A stretch of DNA of 64,000 nucleotides from Candidatus Heteroclostridium caecigallinarum (GTDB taxonomy: Bacteria > Bacillota > Clostridia > Christensenellales > CAG-314). Positions 26,404 through 36,345 of this stretch are shown piece by piece. The notes beneath the pieces are model-generated. The model ran no database searches, was not told the DNA's origin, and saw only the letters and a program-made list of their open reading frames with translations. How positions within the stretch are numbered: position 1 is the stretch's first letter; every line of letters begins with the position of its first letter. A program made the translations under genes and the position numbers. The DNA lies in NCBI GenBank assembly GCA_904419725.1, contig CAJFSP010000002.1, positions 1,305-65,304 of the forward strand, read 5' to 3'.

Positions 26404-26432
26404 ATTCTATGACGGCAGAGACAGTTTGTCAA
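26404..26432 (-). promoter_or_regulatory. Promoter of the FMN riboswitch-ribU unit, embedded in the 3' end of the upstream ORF
   Basis: TTGACA, 17 nt spacer, TAGAAT. Confidence 0.55.
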
Positions 26433-26799
26433 GCAGCCACGGATATTTTTGCGAAATATATCTGTACACGCTCATCGGGCTTTTGCCGTCCGCCAGCATT
26501 TTTTTGACCTGTTTCATAATCATTATTTCTTTAAGGTCTGTGGTGACATAAACAGTTGTTGTTTCAGGCAGACGTTTTTTTACTTCGTCCGTGATTTCGG
26601 CGACGTATTTTTCGCTCTGGCTTTTCATAAGTATGCCCTTTGTCCTGACGCCCACAGCGCAATAACCGCCCCATGTCAGACACACGGCGTCGGCGGTGTT
26701 CGGCATTGACATCAGATATTCTTCCGCGCCGCACGCCGACGCGCATTGCGGCGCCGCCATACACAGCGCCAAAAGCAGGCACAAACAAAACTTTTTCAT
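26407..26799 (-). CDS. Putative YhcN/YlaJ-like (sporulation-type) lipoprotein, 130 aa
   Basis: Signal peptide with Cys-containing ...CASAC, then a domain pattern (ADAVCLTWGGYCAVGVRTKG ... TVYVTTDLKE) reminiscent of YhcN/YlaJ. Confidence 0.4.
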   Translation of the reverse strand: MKKFCLCLLLALCMAAPQCASACGAEEYLMSMPNTADAVCLTWGGYCAVGVRTKGILMKSQSEKYVAEITDEVKKRLPETTTVYVTTDLKEIMIMKQVKKMLADGKSPMSVYRYISQKYPWLLDKLSLPS

Positions 26800-26899
26800 G
26801 TGTTAAGTTTGGGCAAAATCCGCAAAAAAATGCGCGGTTTTGCTTTTTCCGCCAAATATCACGCGCGGGCGCGTGTTACCATATGCACGGGGTGAAAAA

Positions 26900-27100
26900 A
26901 TGGTTGCCGATTTTATAATTGTCTTCTGCGCCGTGGGTATTCTGGTTTGCCTGATTTACATTATTTTTCAGGCGAAAAAACTCAAATACGAAAATCAAAA
27001 TGAACGGCGCCGGGCGGAAAAACAAAACGGTTCGCATGAAGAAAACAACTGCCGTCATGACGGAGTGTACGCCAGCGTCGAAGAAAAACACGAAGAATAA
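26900..27100 (+). CDS. Small membrane protein, 66 aa
   Basis: ATG at 26900 after GGGGTG. One TM helix (FIIVFCAVGILVCLIYIIF) followed by a charged tail. Confidence 0.35.
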   Translation: MVADFIIVFCAVGILVCLIYIIFQAKKLKYENQNERRRAEKQNGSHEENNCRHDGVYASVEEKHEE

Positions 27101-27125
27101 AAAGACCGCCTTTGGCGGTCTTTCG
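27099..27125. terminator. Bidirectional terminator between convergent genes
   Basis: AGACCGCC-TTT-GGCGGTCT. Confidence 0.6.
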
Positions 27126-27139
27126 CTTTACAGACAAAA

Positions 27140-27487
27140 TCAGTCGGTGTATTTGGTGACATTGCTGTCGTTTATCCACAGTTTTTCCAGCTGGTAAAAT
27201 TTGCGGGCTTCTTCCTGAAAAATGTGCACGATTACGTCGAAATAGTCGACGGCAATCCATCTGCCTTCCGCAACGCCTTCTTTCCTTCTGGCAAAAACTC
27301 CCTGCTTTTCCATTTCGGCTTCGAGATTGTCGAAAATCGCCTTGACCTGCGGCGCGTTTTTGCCGCTGGCGATTATAAAAGCGTCGGCGACGTCGCTCAG
27401 CCCTTCGACGTCGATTACGGTAATGTCGGACGCCCTTTTGTCGGACATCGCTTTGCACATATCGTTAATCAGTTTTTCGTTTTTCAT
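27140..27487 (-). CDS. rsfS: Ribosomal silencing factor RsfS (iojap family)
   Basis: DYFDVIVHIFQEEARKFYQLEKLW and position after nadD/yqeK. Confidence 0.85.
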   Translation of the reverse strand: MKNEKLINDMCKAMSDKRASDITVIDVEGLSDVADAFIIASGKNAPQVKAIFDNLEAEMEKQGVFARRKEGVAEGRWIAVDYFDVIVHIFQEEARKFYQLEKLWINDSNVTKYTD

Positions 27488-28625
27488 TTTTCTCCCTGGC
27501 GAGTTTTCTGTAATATTTGATGCTCTCTTTGGTAAGATGGTGCACGCTTTCGGCGCCGAAACGCCTCACCGCGCCGTTGTAGGAGTTTTTGAGGCACAGC
27601 AGAAAACCTTCGTCGAAATTAGCATACACCTTTTTGCGCGCTTCGTCAAGATTGGCTCCCCTGGTAATTTCGATTCCGTCGGCGACGTACACGATTTGTT
27701 CCAGCCTGCTCATCGCGGGTCTGCCCGTCGTGTGGTATCTTATGGCGTCGAGAATTTCCTCGTCGTCAATGCCGAAAACCTGTTTGGCCATCTGCGCTCC
27801 CAAAAAGGCGTGAACCACGGGCGGCGGATAATCGTCGTCGTTTTCGAAATTATACTTTTTCCAGTCGCTCTGCGGCACGTTTTTCGCCACGTCGTGGAGC
27901 AGGCAGGCGTAAAACGTCTTTTCCTTGTCTTCGCCCAGCATTCCCGCGAGTTTAAGCCCCTCCATAGTCATGTAAAAAGTGTGGAGATACCTGGCGTTGT
28001 CAAGATAACTTCTAACCTTGGCGCAAACCGCCGCGTGCTCGCAGTAAAGCCCCTTTTTCGCGATATACTCCCTCACGCCGTCGAACAGCAGGCTTGACGT
28101 ATCCAGCCCGAACTGCACCATATATCTCAGTTCGGTGGAAGACACGTTCAGCGGCTCGTCTTTAAGCACCACGGTTTTGGCGCCGTAAGTCTTTTCGGCG
28201 AACTCTCTCGCCTTGGCGAATTTATGGTGCGCCCTCGGCGCGACGACCAGCGTCGCCAGCCGCGCGATTTCCTGCGGTTTGTACCACGTCGGAAAATCTT
28301 CCAGACTGTCGCTGCCGATTATGAAATACAGTTCGCTGTCGGCGTAAATCTCGGCGAAATGCCTGAGCGTCGGCAGCGTGTAGTTTTTTTCGGTTTTTTC
28401 CACTTCGTAATCGGACACAAAAACACCTTCGTCGTCGCCGAAAGCCAGTTTGCACATCTCATAGCGATATTGTTTGTTGGTAACGTCGCTTTTGTGCACA
28501 GGGTCGCCGCACGGCAAAACGATTATGAAATCCAAATCAAGTTGTTTTTTCGCCGAAAGCAGCATTTCGTTGTGCCCCAGATGAGGCGGGTCGAACGTGC
28601 CTCCGTAAATTCCGATTTTCCGCAT
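27465..28625 (-). CDS. nadD: Fusion of nicotinate-nucleotide adenylyltransferase (NadD) and the YqeK HD-domain Ap4A hydrolase, 386 aa
   Basis: N-terminal GGTFDPPHLGH and a C-terminal HD domain (LLHDVAK, RYHTTGR). Confidence 0.85.
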   Translation of the reverse strand: MRKIGIYGGTFDPPHLGHNEMLLSAKKQLDLDFIIVLPCGDPVHKSDVTNKQYRYEMCKLAFGDDEGVFVSDYEVEKTEKNYTLPTLRHFAEIYADSELYFIIGSDSLEDFPTWYKPQEIARLATLVVAPRAHHKFAKAREFAEKTYGAKTVVLKDEPLNVSSTELRYMVQFGLDTSSLLFDGVREYIAKKGLYCEHAAVCAKVRSYLDNARYLHTFYMTMEGLKLAGMLGEDKEKTFYACLLHDVAKNVPQSDWKKYNFENDDDYPPPVVHAFLGAQMAKQVFGIDDEEILDAIRYHTTGRPAMSRLEQIVYVADGIEITRGANLDEARKKVYANFDEGFLLCLKNSYNGAVRRFGAESVHHLTKESIKYYRKLAREKNEKRKTD

Positions 28626-28702
28626 GCAATTATTATAACCGCAATCGGCTTTTTTTTCAATTTTTTTGTGTCAACTCGATTTTTTTTGTCAATAATATTT
28701 TC

Positions 28703-29473
28703 ATGTTTATCGACAGGATTTTTCTGGCGCTTACGGCGTTCGCGCTGTCTTTCACATGGCTGCGGTATTATATCGACGACAACTCCGTGTGTCTGCTTGG
28801 CGCCGTGGCCGCCGTAACGCTGCTGCTTATCGTCATAAAAGCCGTGTGGGGCGGAAGAAAAAGCAAAAAGCGCCTCAAACGGCAGGAACTGAAAGAAACC
28901 GAAAAACTCACCGCCTATTTATGTTTTTTGCCGCAGGACAAAACTCTCGCCCTGCTGAAAACGATAGAACCGCTTAAAAACGCCGTCCCTGCGGCTGATG
29001 GACTGACTTTCAGCGACGGTGAAAATACCGTTGAGGTGTCGGCGCGTTTTTCGGCGTCCCCTTTCACCGCCGGCGAATTTTGCGGCGTCGTCAAAAATTC
29101 ATCCGCTGACAGAATAGACATTTTCGCCTGCAAATTCGACAAAGACGTCCACCCGCTGGCAAAAGTTTCGCCGGTGGAAGCAAGGCTGTTCGACATAAAA
29201 GCGACTTACGCCCTGCTGAAAAAACACGGCGCTCTGCCGCCCTGCGTAACAAACGGCGGCAAACGCCCGCTCACGGCTAATTTTTGGGAAACGGTGTTCA
29301 ACCGTTCGAGAGCGAAATATTATTTAATGTCGTCCATGTTTCTGATTTTCACGGCGTTTCTGACATTTTTCAGGCTGTATTATCTGATAACGGGCACACT
29401 GTTGTTTTTGCTTTTCGTTTACGCGCGCTTCAACACCCGATTCAACCACACGACGGCGCCCAAAGGACTGTAA
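28703..29473 (+). CDS. Hypothetical membrane protein, 256 aa (2 N-terminal and 2 C-terminal TM helices around a soluble core)
   Basis: Hydrophobic segments at both ends. No motif was recognised. Confidence 0.5.
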   Translation: MFIDRIFLALTAFALSFTWLRYYIDDNSVCLLGAVAAVTLLLIVIKAVWGGRKSKKRLKRQELKETEKLTAYLCFLPQDKTLALLKTIEPLKNAVPAADGLTFSDGENTVEVSARFSASPFTAGEFCGVVKNSSADRIDIFACKFDKDVHPLAKVSPVEARLFDIKATYALLKKHGALPPCVTNGGKRPLTANFWETVFNRSRAKYYLMSSMFLIFTAFLTFFRLYYLITGTLLFLLFVYARFNTRFNHTTAPKGL

Positions 29474-29505
29474 AAAAAGAACCGCCGCGGCGGTTCTTTT
29501 TTTTG
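29472..29505. terminator. Bidirectional terminator
   Basis: GAACCGCCGCGGCGGTTC flanked by an A-run and a T-run. Confidence 0.7.
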
Positions 29506-29514
29506 TTTGATATC

Positions 29515-29808
29515 TCAGTATTCGATGTGCTCGATACCCTCTTTGTCGGAAAACCTGTAAAGCACGAATTTCCCGCCGATAATCTGCACGCTTTCGGCGC
29601 CGAGTTTTTCCGCCGCCTCGAAAGCCATGCTCCTGATGTCGGCGTCGCAGTTTTTGAGCACCGAAACTTTTATTAGTTCTCTGTGATACAGCGCCGTGTC
29701 CAGTTCGCCCAGCACCGTCGGCGTCAGACCGCCTTTGCCGATGATGACCGAATCGGGCAGACTGTTTGACTGAGAGCGCAAAGCGGCTCTCTGTTTTGTC
29801 GTAAGCAT
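29515..29808 (-). CDS. yhbY: Ribosome assembly RNA-binding protein YhbY (CRM domain), 97 aa
   Basis: ATG at 29808 after GGGAGGA. Motifs IGKGGLT and ELIKV. Confidence 0.8.
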   Translation of the reverse strand: MLTTKQRAALRSQSNSLPDSVIIGKGGLTPTVLGELDTALYHRELIKVSVLKNCDADIRSMAFEAAEKLGAESVQIIGGKFVLYRFSDKEGIEHIEY

Positions 29809-29830
29809 AAAATCCTCCCGTAAAAATCGT

Positions 29831-31096
<1,266 letters not shown>

Positions 31097-32464
31097 TTAT
31101 TTTCCTTCAAACATTTTGAGTATGGCTTTCGCCGCGTTTTTACCCGCGCCCATGGCCAGTATAACCGTTGCCGCGCCCGTCACGTTGTCGCCGCCGGCGT
31201 AAACGTTGTCGAGATTGGTCTTGTTGTCTTCATCCACAATGACGAGGCCTTTTTTGCTGACTTCGAGTTCAGGCGCGCTTTCGCTGATAATCGGGCTGGA
31301 TTTGGTGCCCAAGGCGACTATTACGGTGTCGCATTCGAGGTCGAATGCGCTGCCCGGTATTTCTTTCGGCGAGCGTCTGCCGCTGGCGTCCGGTTCGCCG
31401 AGTTCCATGCGCACGCACACCATCTTGCTTACCACGCCGTCGCCTTCGATGCGCACAGGGTTGGTCAGCAGTTTGAATTCGATGCCTTCTTCCATGGCGT
31501 GTCTTACTTCTTCGGCACGGGCAGGGATTTCTTCCTTGCCGCGGCGGTAAACGATTGTAACGCTCTCGGCGCCCAGTCTCATCGCGGTACGGGCGGCGTC
31601 CATTGCCACGTTGCCCGCGCCCACTACAGCCACATGTTTGCCGATTTTGACAGGAGTAGCGGCGCCGGGTTTGTAAGCCTTCATCAGGTTGACCCTGGTC
31701 AAAAACTCGTTGGCGCTCATTACGCCGTTAAGGTTTTCGCCCGGGATGTTCAAAAACATAGGAAGACCTGCGCCCGAGCAGAGATATACGGCGTCAAACT
31801 GTTTGCGCAGTTCGTCGAGATATACCGTTTTGCCGACGACGGTGTTGAGTTCCACCTTGACGCCGAGTTTTTTGAGGTTTTCGATTTCTTTTTTGACGAT
31901 TTCTTTAGGCAGACGGAATTCAGGAATACCGTAAACCAACACGCCGCCCGCTTCGTGGAAGGCTTCGTAAATGGTGACGTCCACGCCCGCGTTGGCAAGG
32001 TCGCCCGCCAGAGTCAGACCGCTCGGACCGCTGCCGACGACTGCCACCGATTTGCCGATTCTTTCTGGCATTTTGACTTCGATGTCTTCATGAAGGAATC
32101 TGTCGGCGACAAACCTTTCCAGCGTGCCGATTGCGACAGGGCCTTCCATTCTGCCCCTTATGCAGTATTTTTCGCACTGCGATTCCTGCGGGCAGACTCT
32201 GCCGCAGATTGACGGCAGGTTGCTTGTCTTTTTGATGGCGGCGAGCGCCTCGAAATATTTCTTTTCCTTTATGTATCCGATAAATTCAGGAATGTTGATT
32301 TCGACAGGGCAGCCCTGGCGGCAAGGAGCGTTTTTGCAGTTGAGGCATCTCGACGCTTCGATGAGCGCTCTTTCCTCGTCAAAACCGTCGGTAACTTCTT
32401 TGAAACTGCGTTTTCTGATTTCGGCATCCAGTTCGATAGGATGCTGTCTTTCGATTTTTGCCAT
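31097..32464 (-). CDS. nfnB: NfnB-type NADPH-dependent oxidoreductase (GltD/SudA family), 455 aa
   Basis: N-terminal Fe-S Cys motifs (CLNCKNAPCRQGCP, CGRVCPQESQCEKYC) and two dinucleotide folds (VVGSGPSG, VVGAGNVAMD). Confidence 0.78.
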   Translation of the reverse strand: MAKIERQHPIELDAEIRKRSFKEVTDGFDEERALIEASRCLNCKNAPCRQGCPVEINIPEFIGYIKEKKYFEALAAIKKTSNLPSICGRVCPQESQCEKYCIRGRMEGPVAIGTLERFVADRFLHEDIEVKMPERIGKSVAVVGSGPSGLTLAGDLANAGVDVTIYEAFHEAGGVLVYGIPEFRLPKEIVKKEIENLKKLGVKVELNTVVGKTVYLDELRKQFDAVYLCSGAGLPMFLNIPGENLNGVMSANEFLTRVNLMKAYKPGAATPVKIGKHVAVVGAGNVAMDAARTAMRLGAESVTIVYRRGKEEIPARAEEVRHAMEEGIEFKLLTNPVRIEGDGVVSKMVCVRMELGEPDASGRRSPKEIPGSAFDLECDTVIVALGTKSSPIISESAPELEVSKKGLVIVDEDNKTNLDNVYAGGDNVTGAATVILAMGAGKNAAKAILKMFEGK

Positions 32465-33295
32465 TTATCTAACCTCCCCCGTCAAATTGCATACATGCTC
32501 TTTTTCGATATCGACGAAATATCTGTTTCTGTTGATGACTTCGTTGAAATCAACTTCGTGTCCGTCGAATTCAGGACCGTCGACGCAGGCGTATTTGGTC
32601 ACGCCGTTCACGGTCAGACGGCAGCAGCCGCACATGCCCGTGCCGTCAATCATGATAGGGTTCATGCTGACGACCGTTTTGACGCCGATTTCTTTTGTGA
32701 CGTTGCACACCGCCCTCATCATTGGCAGAGGTCCCACGGCGAACACCAGCTCGAAGGCGTTTTTGTCTTGGTCGAACAGTCTTTGCACGACGTTGGTGAC
32801 AAAGCCCTTTTCGCCGTAAGTGCCGTCGTCGGTGGTGACGTAAAGAGTGTCGCACACTTCCTGCATTTCTTTGAGATAAGCCAGCAGGCTGACGTTTCTC
32901 GCGCCCATAACGCAAACTACTTTTTTGCCCAGCGATTTAAGATGTTTCGCCTGAGGATAAAGCACCGCCACGCCGATGCCGCCCGCGACAAGCAGAATCT
33001 TGTCGGCGTCGAGATGGGTGGCTTTGCCCAGCGGCCCGACGATGTCGTGCAGACAGTCGCCTTCGTTCATTTTGGCGAGTTGCATCGTGGTGGCGCCCAC
33101 CGTCTGGATAAGAAGGGTTATGGTGCCCTTTTCCCTGTCATAGTCGGAAATGGTGAAAGGAACCCTTTCCCCCTCTTCGTCCACGCGCAAGAGAATAAAC
33201 TGTCCCGGGAGCGCTTTGGCCGCGATTTTAGGCGCGGACAGAACGTACTCGATGACATTGTCGGTAATCACTGTTTTTTTGAGGATATCAAACAT
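32465..33295 (-). CDS. nfnA: NfnA-type FAD/NAD-binding subunit with a C-terminal 2Fe-2S motif (SudB family), 276 aa
   Basis: FNR-like fold (RVPFTISD, GGIGVA) and GMCGCCR...C. Abuts nfnB (TAAATG). Confidence 0.72.
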   Translation of the reverse strand: MFDILKKTVITDNVIEYVLSAPKIAAKALPGQFILLRVDEEGERVPFTISDYDREKGTITLLIQTVGATTMQLAKMNEGDCLHDIVGPLGKATHLDADKILLVAGGIGVAVLYPQAKHLKSLGKKVVCVMGARNVSLLAYLKEMQEVCDTLYVTTDDGTYGEKGFVTNVVQRLFDQDKNAFELVFAVGPLPMMRAVCNVTKEIGVKTVVSMNPIMIDGTGMCGCCRLTVNGVTKYACVDGPEFDGHEVDFNEVINRNRYFVDIEKEHVCNLTGEVR

Positions 33296-33296
33296 G

Positions 33297-33926
33297 TTAC
33301 ACTCCTTTATTTATATATTTGCAGTATTGCCTGACATAGCAGGAGCCGCAATTTGGATTCTGACTTTTGCACACATATCTGCCGAACAGTAGCAGCCAGT
33401 GATGGCTTTTGGACCACAGTTCGGGCGGGATTGCCTCTTCCAGCTGTTTCTGGCTGGTCTCCACGTTTTTCGAGTCGGTAATACCCAGCCTGTTGGACAC
33501 CCTGAAAACGTGCGTGTCCACGGCGATGGCCTGTCCGTCGAAAGCGACGGCGTAAACGACGTTGGCGGTTTTTTTGCCGACCCCCGCCAGACTTTCCAGC
33601 TCTTTTTTGGTGTCGGGCACCCTGCCGCCGAAGCGATGGACTATATCGTAACTCAAATCATGCAGAAATCTGGCTTTGTGTTTGTAAAACCCGCAGGAAA
33701 AAATATAACTCTCGATTTCCCCGACGGAAAGTTTGAGCATGTCCTCCGGCGTGCCGGCCACCCGGAACAGTTTTTCCGTCACCTGGTTGACGCGCTTGTC
33801 GGTGCACTGCGCCGACAGCACCACCGCCACCAGCAGCTGATAAGGCGTGTCAAATTTAAGTTCGCTTTTAGCGTCGGGAAAATGCTCCTCAAGAATTTTA
33901 AGGATATCCAGCGTTCTTTTGTCCAT
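33297..33926 (-). CDS. nth: Endonuclease III
   Basis: LVAVVLSAQCTDKRVN, HhH-GPD LAGVGKKTANVV, Lys/Asp catalytic region, and a C-terminal 4Fe-4S motif CX6CX2CX5C. Confidence 0.9.
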   Translation of the reverse strand: MDKRTLDILKILEEHFPDAKSELKFDTPYQLLVAVVLSAQCTDKRVNQVTEKLFRVAGTPEDMLKLSVGEIESYIFSCGFYKHKARFLHDLSYDIVHRFGGRVPDTKKELESLAGVGKKTANVVYAVAFDGQAIAVDTHVFRVSNRLGITDSKNVETSQKQLEEAIPPELWSKSHHWLLLFGRYVCKSQNPNCGSCYVRQYCKYINKGV

Positions 33927-34033
33927 ATCATTTGTAAGCGGGAAAACGACGTTTTCCCGCTATTTCTCTTAGTATTATAAACAAATTCACGCCGATTGTA
34001 AACCCTTTTGACAAATTATCGTCAAGCAATAAA

Positions 34034-34294
34034 TCAGGCTATTCTTCTTACGTTAAACCCCCTGCCGTTCCATAACACGCTGAAAAATCCGACATACGAA
34101 GGCAGCGGGTGGCGCGTTGCCGCTTCCACCGCGCGGCGCAGATAACCCTCGTCGAACCTCAGGCTCAGCCCGCAGCCGACGCCGACTTCCCTCGGCGTGC
34201 TTATGACCGTGGACGGTATGCCGTTCGCCCTGAAAATCTCGTACATTTTCGCTGTCTGGTTGCGCGAGCGGAAGGCGATAATGACGTATTTCAT
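34034..34294 (-). CDS. DUF3343-like small protein (putative S/Se carrier-like), 86 aa
   Basis: Pattern IIAFRS...A...E..L...GI...VI.TPRE....CGLSLRF. Divergent from a cysteine desulfurase family gene. Confidence 0.5.
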   Translation of the reverse strand: MKYVIIAFRSRNQTAKMYEIFRANGIPSTVISTPREVGVGCGLSLRFDEGYLRRAVEAATRHPLPSYVGFFSVLWNGRGFNVRRIA

Positions 34295-34383
34295 ATTACT
34301 CCTCCGTCGGGTTTATAACTAAAAACGCCTTTTAAGGCATATTATATTGTATTTGAAACACCATCAAAAAGTTAAGGAGAAAC

Positions 34384-35517
34384 ATGATATATTTCGACAA
34401 CGCCGCGACAACTTTTTACAAACCGCCCGCCGTCATAGACGCGGCGGTTTACGCGATGAAAAATCTTTCCGTCAATCCCGGCAGAAGCGGCCACAGACTC
34501 GCCGTGGAAGCGGCGATGCGCGTAATGAAAACAAGACAGCTGGTTGCCGATTTCGTCGGGGCGGAAAACAGCGACAACGTGATTTTCTGCCCGGGCTGCA
34601 CGCAGGCGCTCAACCTTGCCGTTATCGGCAGCGTGAAACGCGGCTGCCACGTCATTTCATCACTTGGCGAACACAACTCCGTTTTGCGCCCCCTTTTCGA
34701 ACTGAAACAGCGGCGGCTTATCGACGTCACCTTTCTGGTGCCCGACGGGCAGAATAAAATCGACCCTGCGGACGTCGAAAAATCAATCAGACGCAACACG
34801 ACGATGATTGTTCTAGGGCATGTGTCCAACGTGACGGGCGCCGCGCAGGACATCGCCGAAATCGGCGCCGTCGCCAAAAGGCACAACGCGGCGTTTATAG
34901 TGGACGGGGCGCAGAGCGTGGGCTACACGGCTGTCGACATGCGAAGGCAGAATATCGACATGCTGGCTTTTCCCGCCCACAAGGGTCTGCACGGAATAAT
35001 GGGAGTGGGATGTCTTTGCTTCGGCGAAAAATTCAGACCGCAGCCCATTATTTACGGCGGCACGGGCACCGACTCTCACATGCTGACGCAGCCGCTCACC
35101 AGCCCCGAAGGTTATGAAAGCGGCACGCAGAATCTCCCGGGGATACTGGCGCTTGGCGAAGCGATAAAGTGGCACCTGTCAGCCGAACCGCAGGACGGTC
35201 CGAAACGCCGTGAAATAGCCAAAACGCTTTACGACGGTCTTTGCGCCATGAAAAACGTGACGGTAATGTCGTCGCCTACATTTGACGCCGGCATAGTCAG
35301 TTTTTACGTCGACGGGCAGGACTCGCAGTTCACCGCCGATTTGCTCAGCAGCCGGCATGACATCGCCGTGCGCGGCGGGCTGCACTGCGCCCCTCTCATG
35401 CACAGACATCTGGGCACGGAAAAGCAGGGTCTGGTGAGGGCAAGCGTAAGCGCGCAGAATACGGCGGGTCAGGCGCTGGCATTTCTTTCGGCTGTCAGGG
35501 ATATAGCGGAAGCGTAA
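34384..35517 (+). CDS. Class V aminotransferase-fold cysteine desulfurase family protein, 377 aa
   Basis: YFDNAATT, a PLP-Lys region (AFPAHKGL) and a C-terminal RGGLHCAP active-site Cys loop. Confidence 0.8.
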   Translation: MIYFDNAATTFYKPPAVIDAAVYAMKNLSVNPGRSGHRLAVEAAMRVMKTRQLVADFVGAENSDNVIFCPGCTQALNLAVIGSVKRGCHVISSLGEHNSVLRPLFELKQRRLIDVTFLVPDGQNKIDPADVEKSIRRNTTMIVLGHVSNVTGAAQDIAEIGAVAKRHNAAFIVDGAQSVGYTAVDMRRQNIDMLAFPAHKGLHGIMGVGCLCFGEKFRPQPIIYGGTGTDSHMLTQPLTSPEGYESGTQNLPGILALGEAIKWHLSAEPQDGPKRREIAKTLYDGLCAMKNVTVMSSPTFDAGIVSFYVDGQDSQFTADLLSSRHDIAVRGGLHCAPLMHRHLGTEKQGLVRASVSAQNTAGQALAFLSAVRDIAEA

Positions 35518-35553
35518 AAAAAAAAGACCTTCGCGTAAGCGAAGGTTTTTTTT
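35516..35553. terminator. Bidirectional terminator
   Basis: ACCTTCGC-GTAA-GCGAAGGT flanked by an A-run and a T-run. Confidence 0.75.
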
Positions 35554-35558
35554 GCCGC

Positions 35559-35792
35559 TCAGGCGTTTTCTTTCTGCCACGCTTCGAGCCTGGTCTTTGT
35601 GAGCGACACAAGTTTTTCTTCTTTGTAAGGCGATTGTTCCCCGCCGAAAGTATAAAGAAAATAACTGCCGTTGTCAGCCTGATAGAGAGTCTCTTCATAG
35701 CCCGCCGGGTCGCCGAAAGCGCCGTGCGCGACTTTTTTGACAACGGTCATCAGGTCTGTGTCGTAAACTTTGCCTCTGACTGTCTTTTTCAT
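35559..35792 (-). CDS. Small hypothetical protein, 77 aa
   Basis: Good SD (GGAGGGG). The pattern KVYDTD...ETLYQ...G.YFLY..GG..S.Y...I..L recalls a widespread uncharacterised Clostridia family. Confidence 0.45.
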   Translation of the reverse strand: MKKTVRGKVYDTDLMTVVKKVAHGAFGDPAGYEETLYQADNGSYFLYTFGGEQSPYKEEKLVSLTKTRLEAWQKENA

Positions 35793-36013
35793 GTTACCCC
35801 TCCTGTTAAAATTACCGTTATGTAAACGCGATGAAGCTGAAAATCGGTTTGTCTGTTTCAGACACTTATATTTAACACAAAAATGAACAAATAGACAAGA
35901 AAATCACGCCTGTTTTTTGAATGTTTTTTGTAAAGATTTTGTATAACGACGGTGTTTTTTACAAAAAAGAACAAAACGGCGTTAAAAACGCCGTTTTCCC
36001 CGCAAAAAGCCTC

Positions 36014-36262
36014 TCACATTTTCATCAGTCGCGACACAAGACCGTCGAGTTTTTCCTTCTGCCCGGCGTTCAGCATGGGCGAAATGTTTTTGACGAACTG
36101 CGCTATCTGTTCGTTGGTGAGTTTCCCCTGCTTTTTCTGCCGCGCCACGTTGTCGAATATGTCCTGCACAAGTTTGTCTTCGCCGTTTTTGTCGTAATAA
36201 TTGACCAGATTCATTATAAACTGCATTTGCTGGCGGCTCATGCCGCCGTTCGATTTGTCCAT
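36014..36262 (-). CDS. Small hypothetical helical protein, 82 aa
   Basis: ORF with a downstream hairpin terminator. No motif was recognised. Confidence 0.4.
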   Translation of the reverse strand: MDKSNGGMSRQQMQFIMNLVNYYDKNGEDKLVQDIFDNVARQKKQGKLTNEQIAQFVKNISPMLNAGQKEKLDGLVSRLMKM

Positions 36263-36345
36263 AAAGCGAAATTCTCCTTAAAAAAACTCACTATAAATAT
36301 ATATGCCCGCATACAATATAATGACTACTCGGTTCGGAGGTTTTT

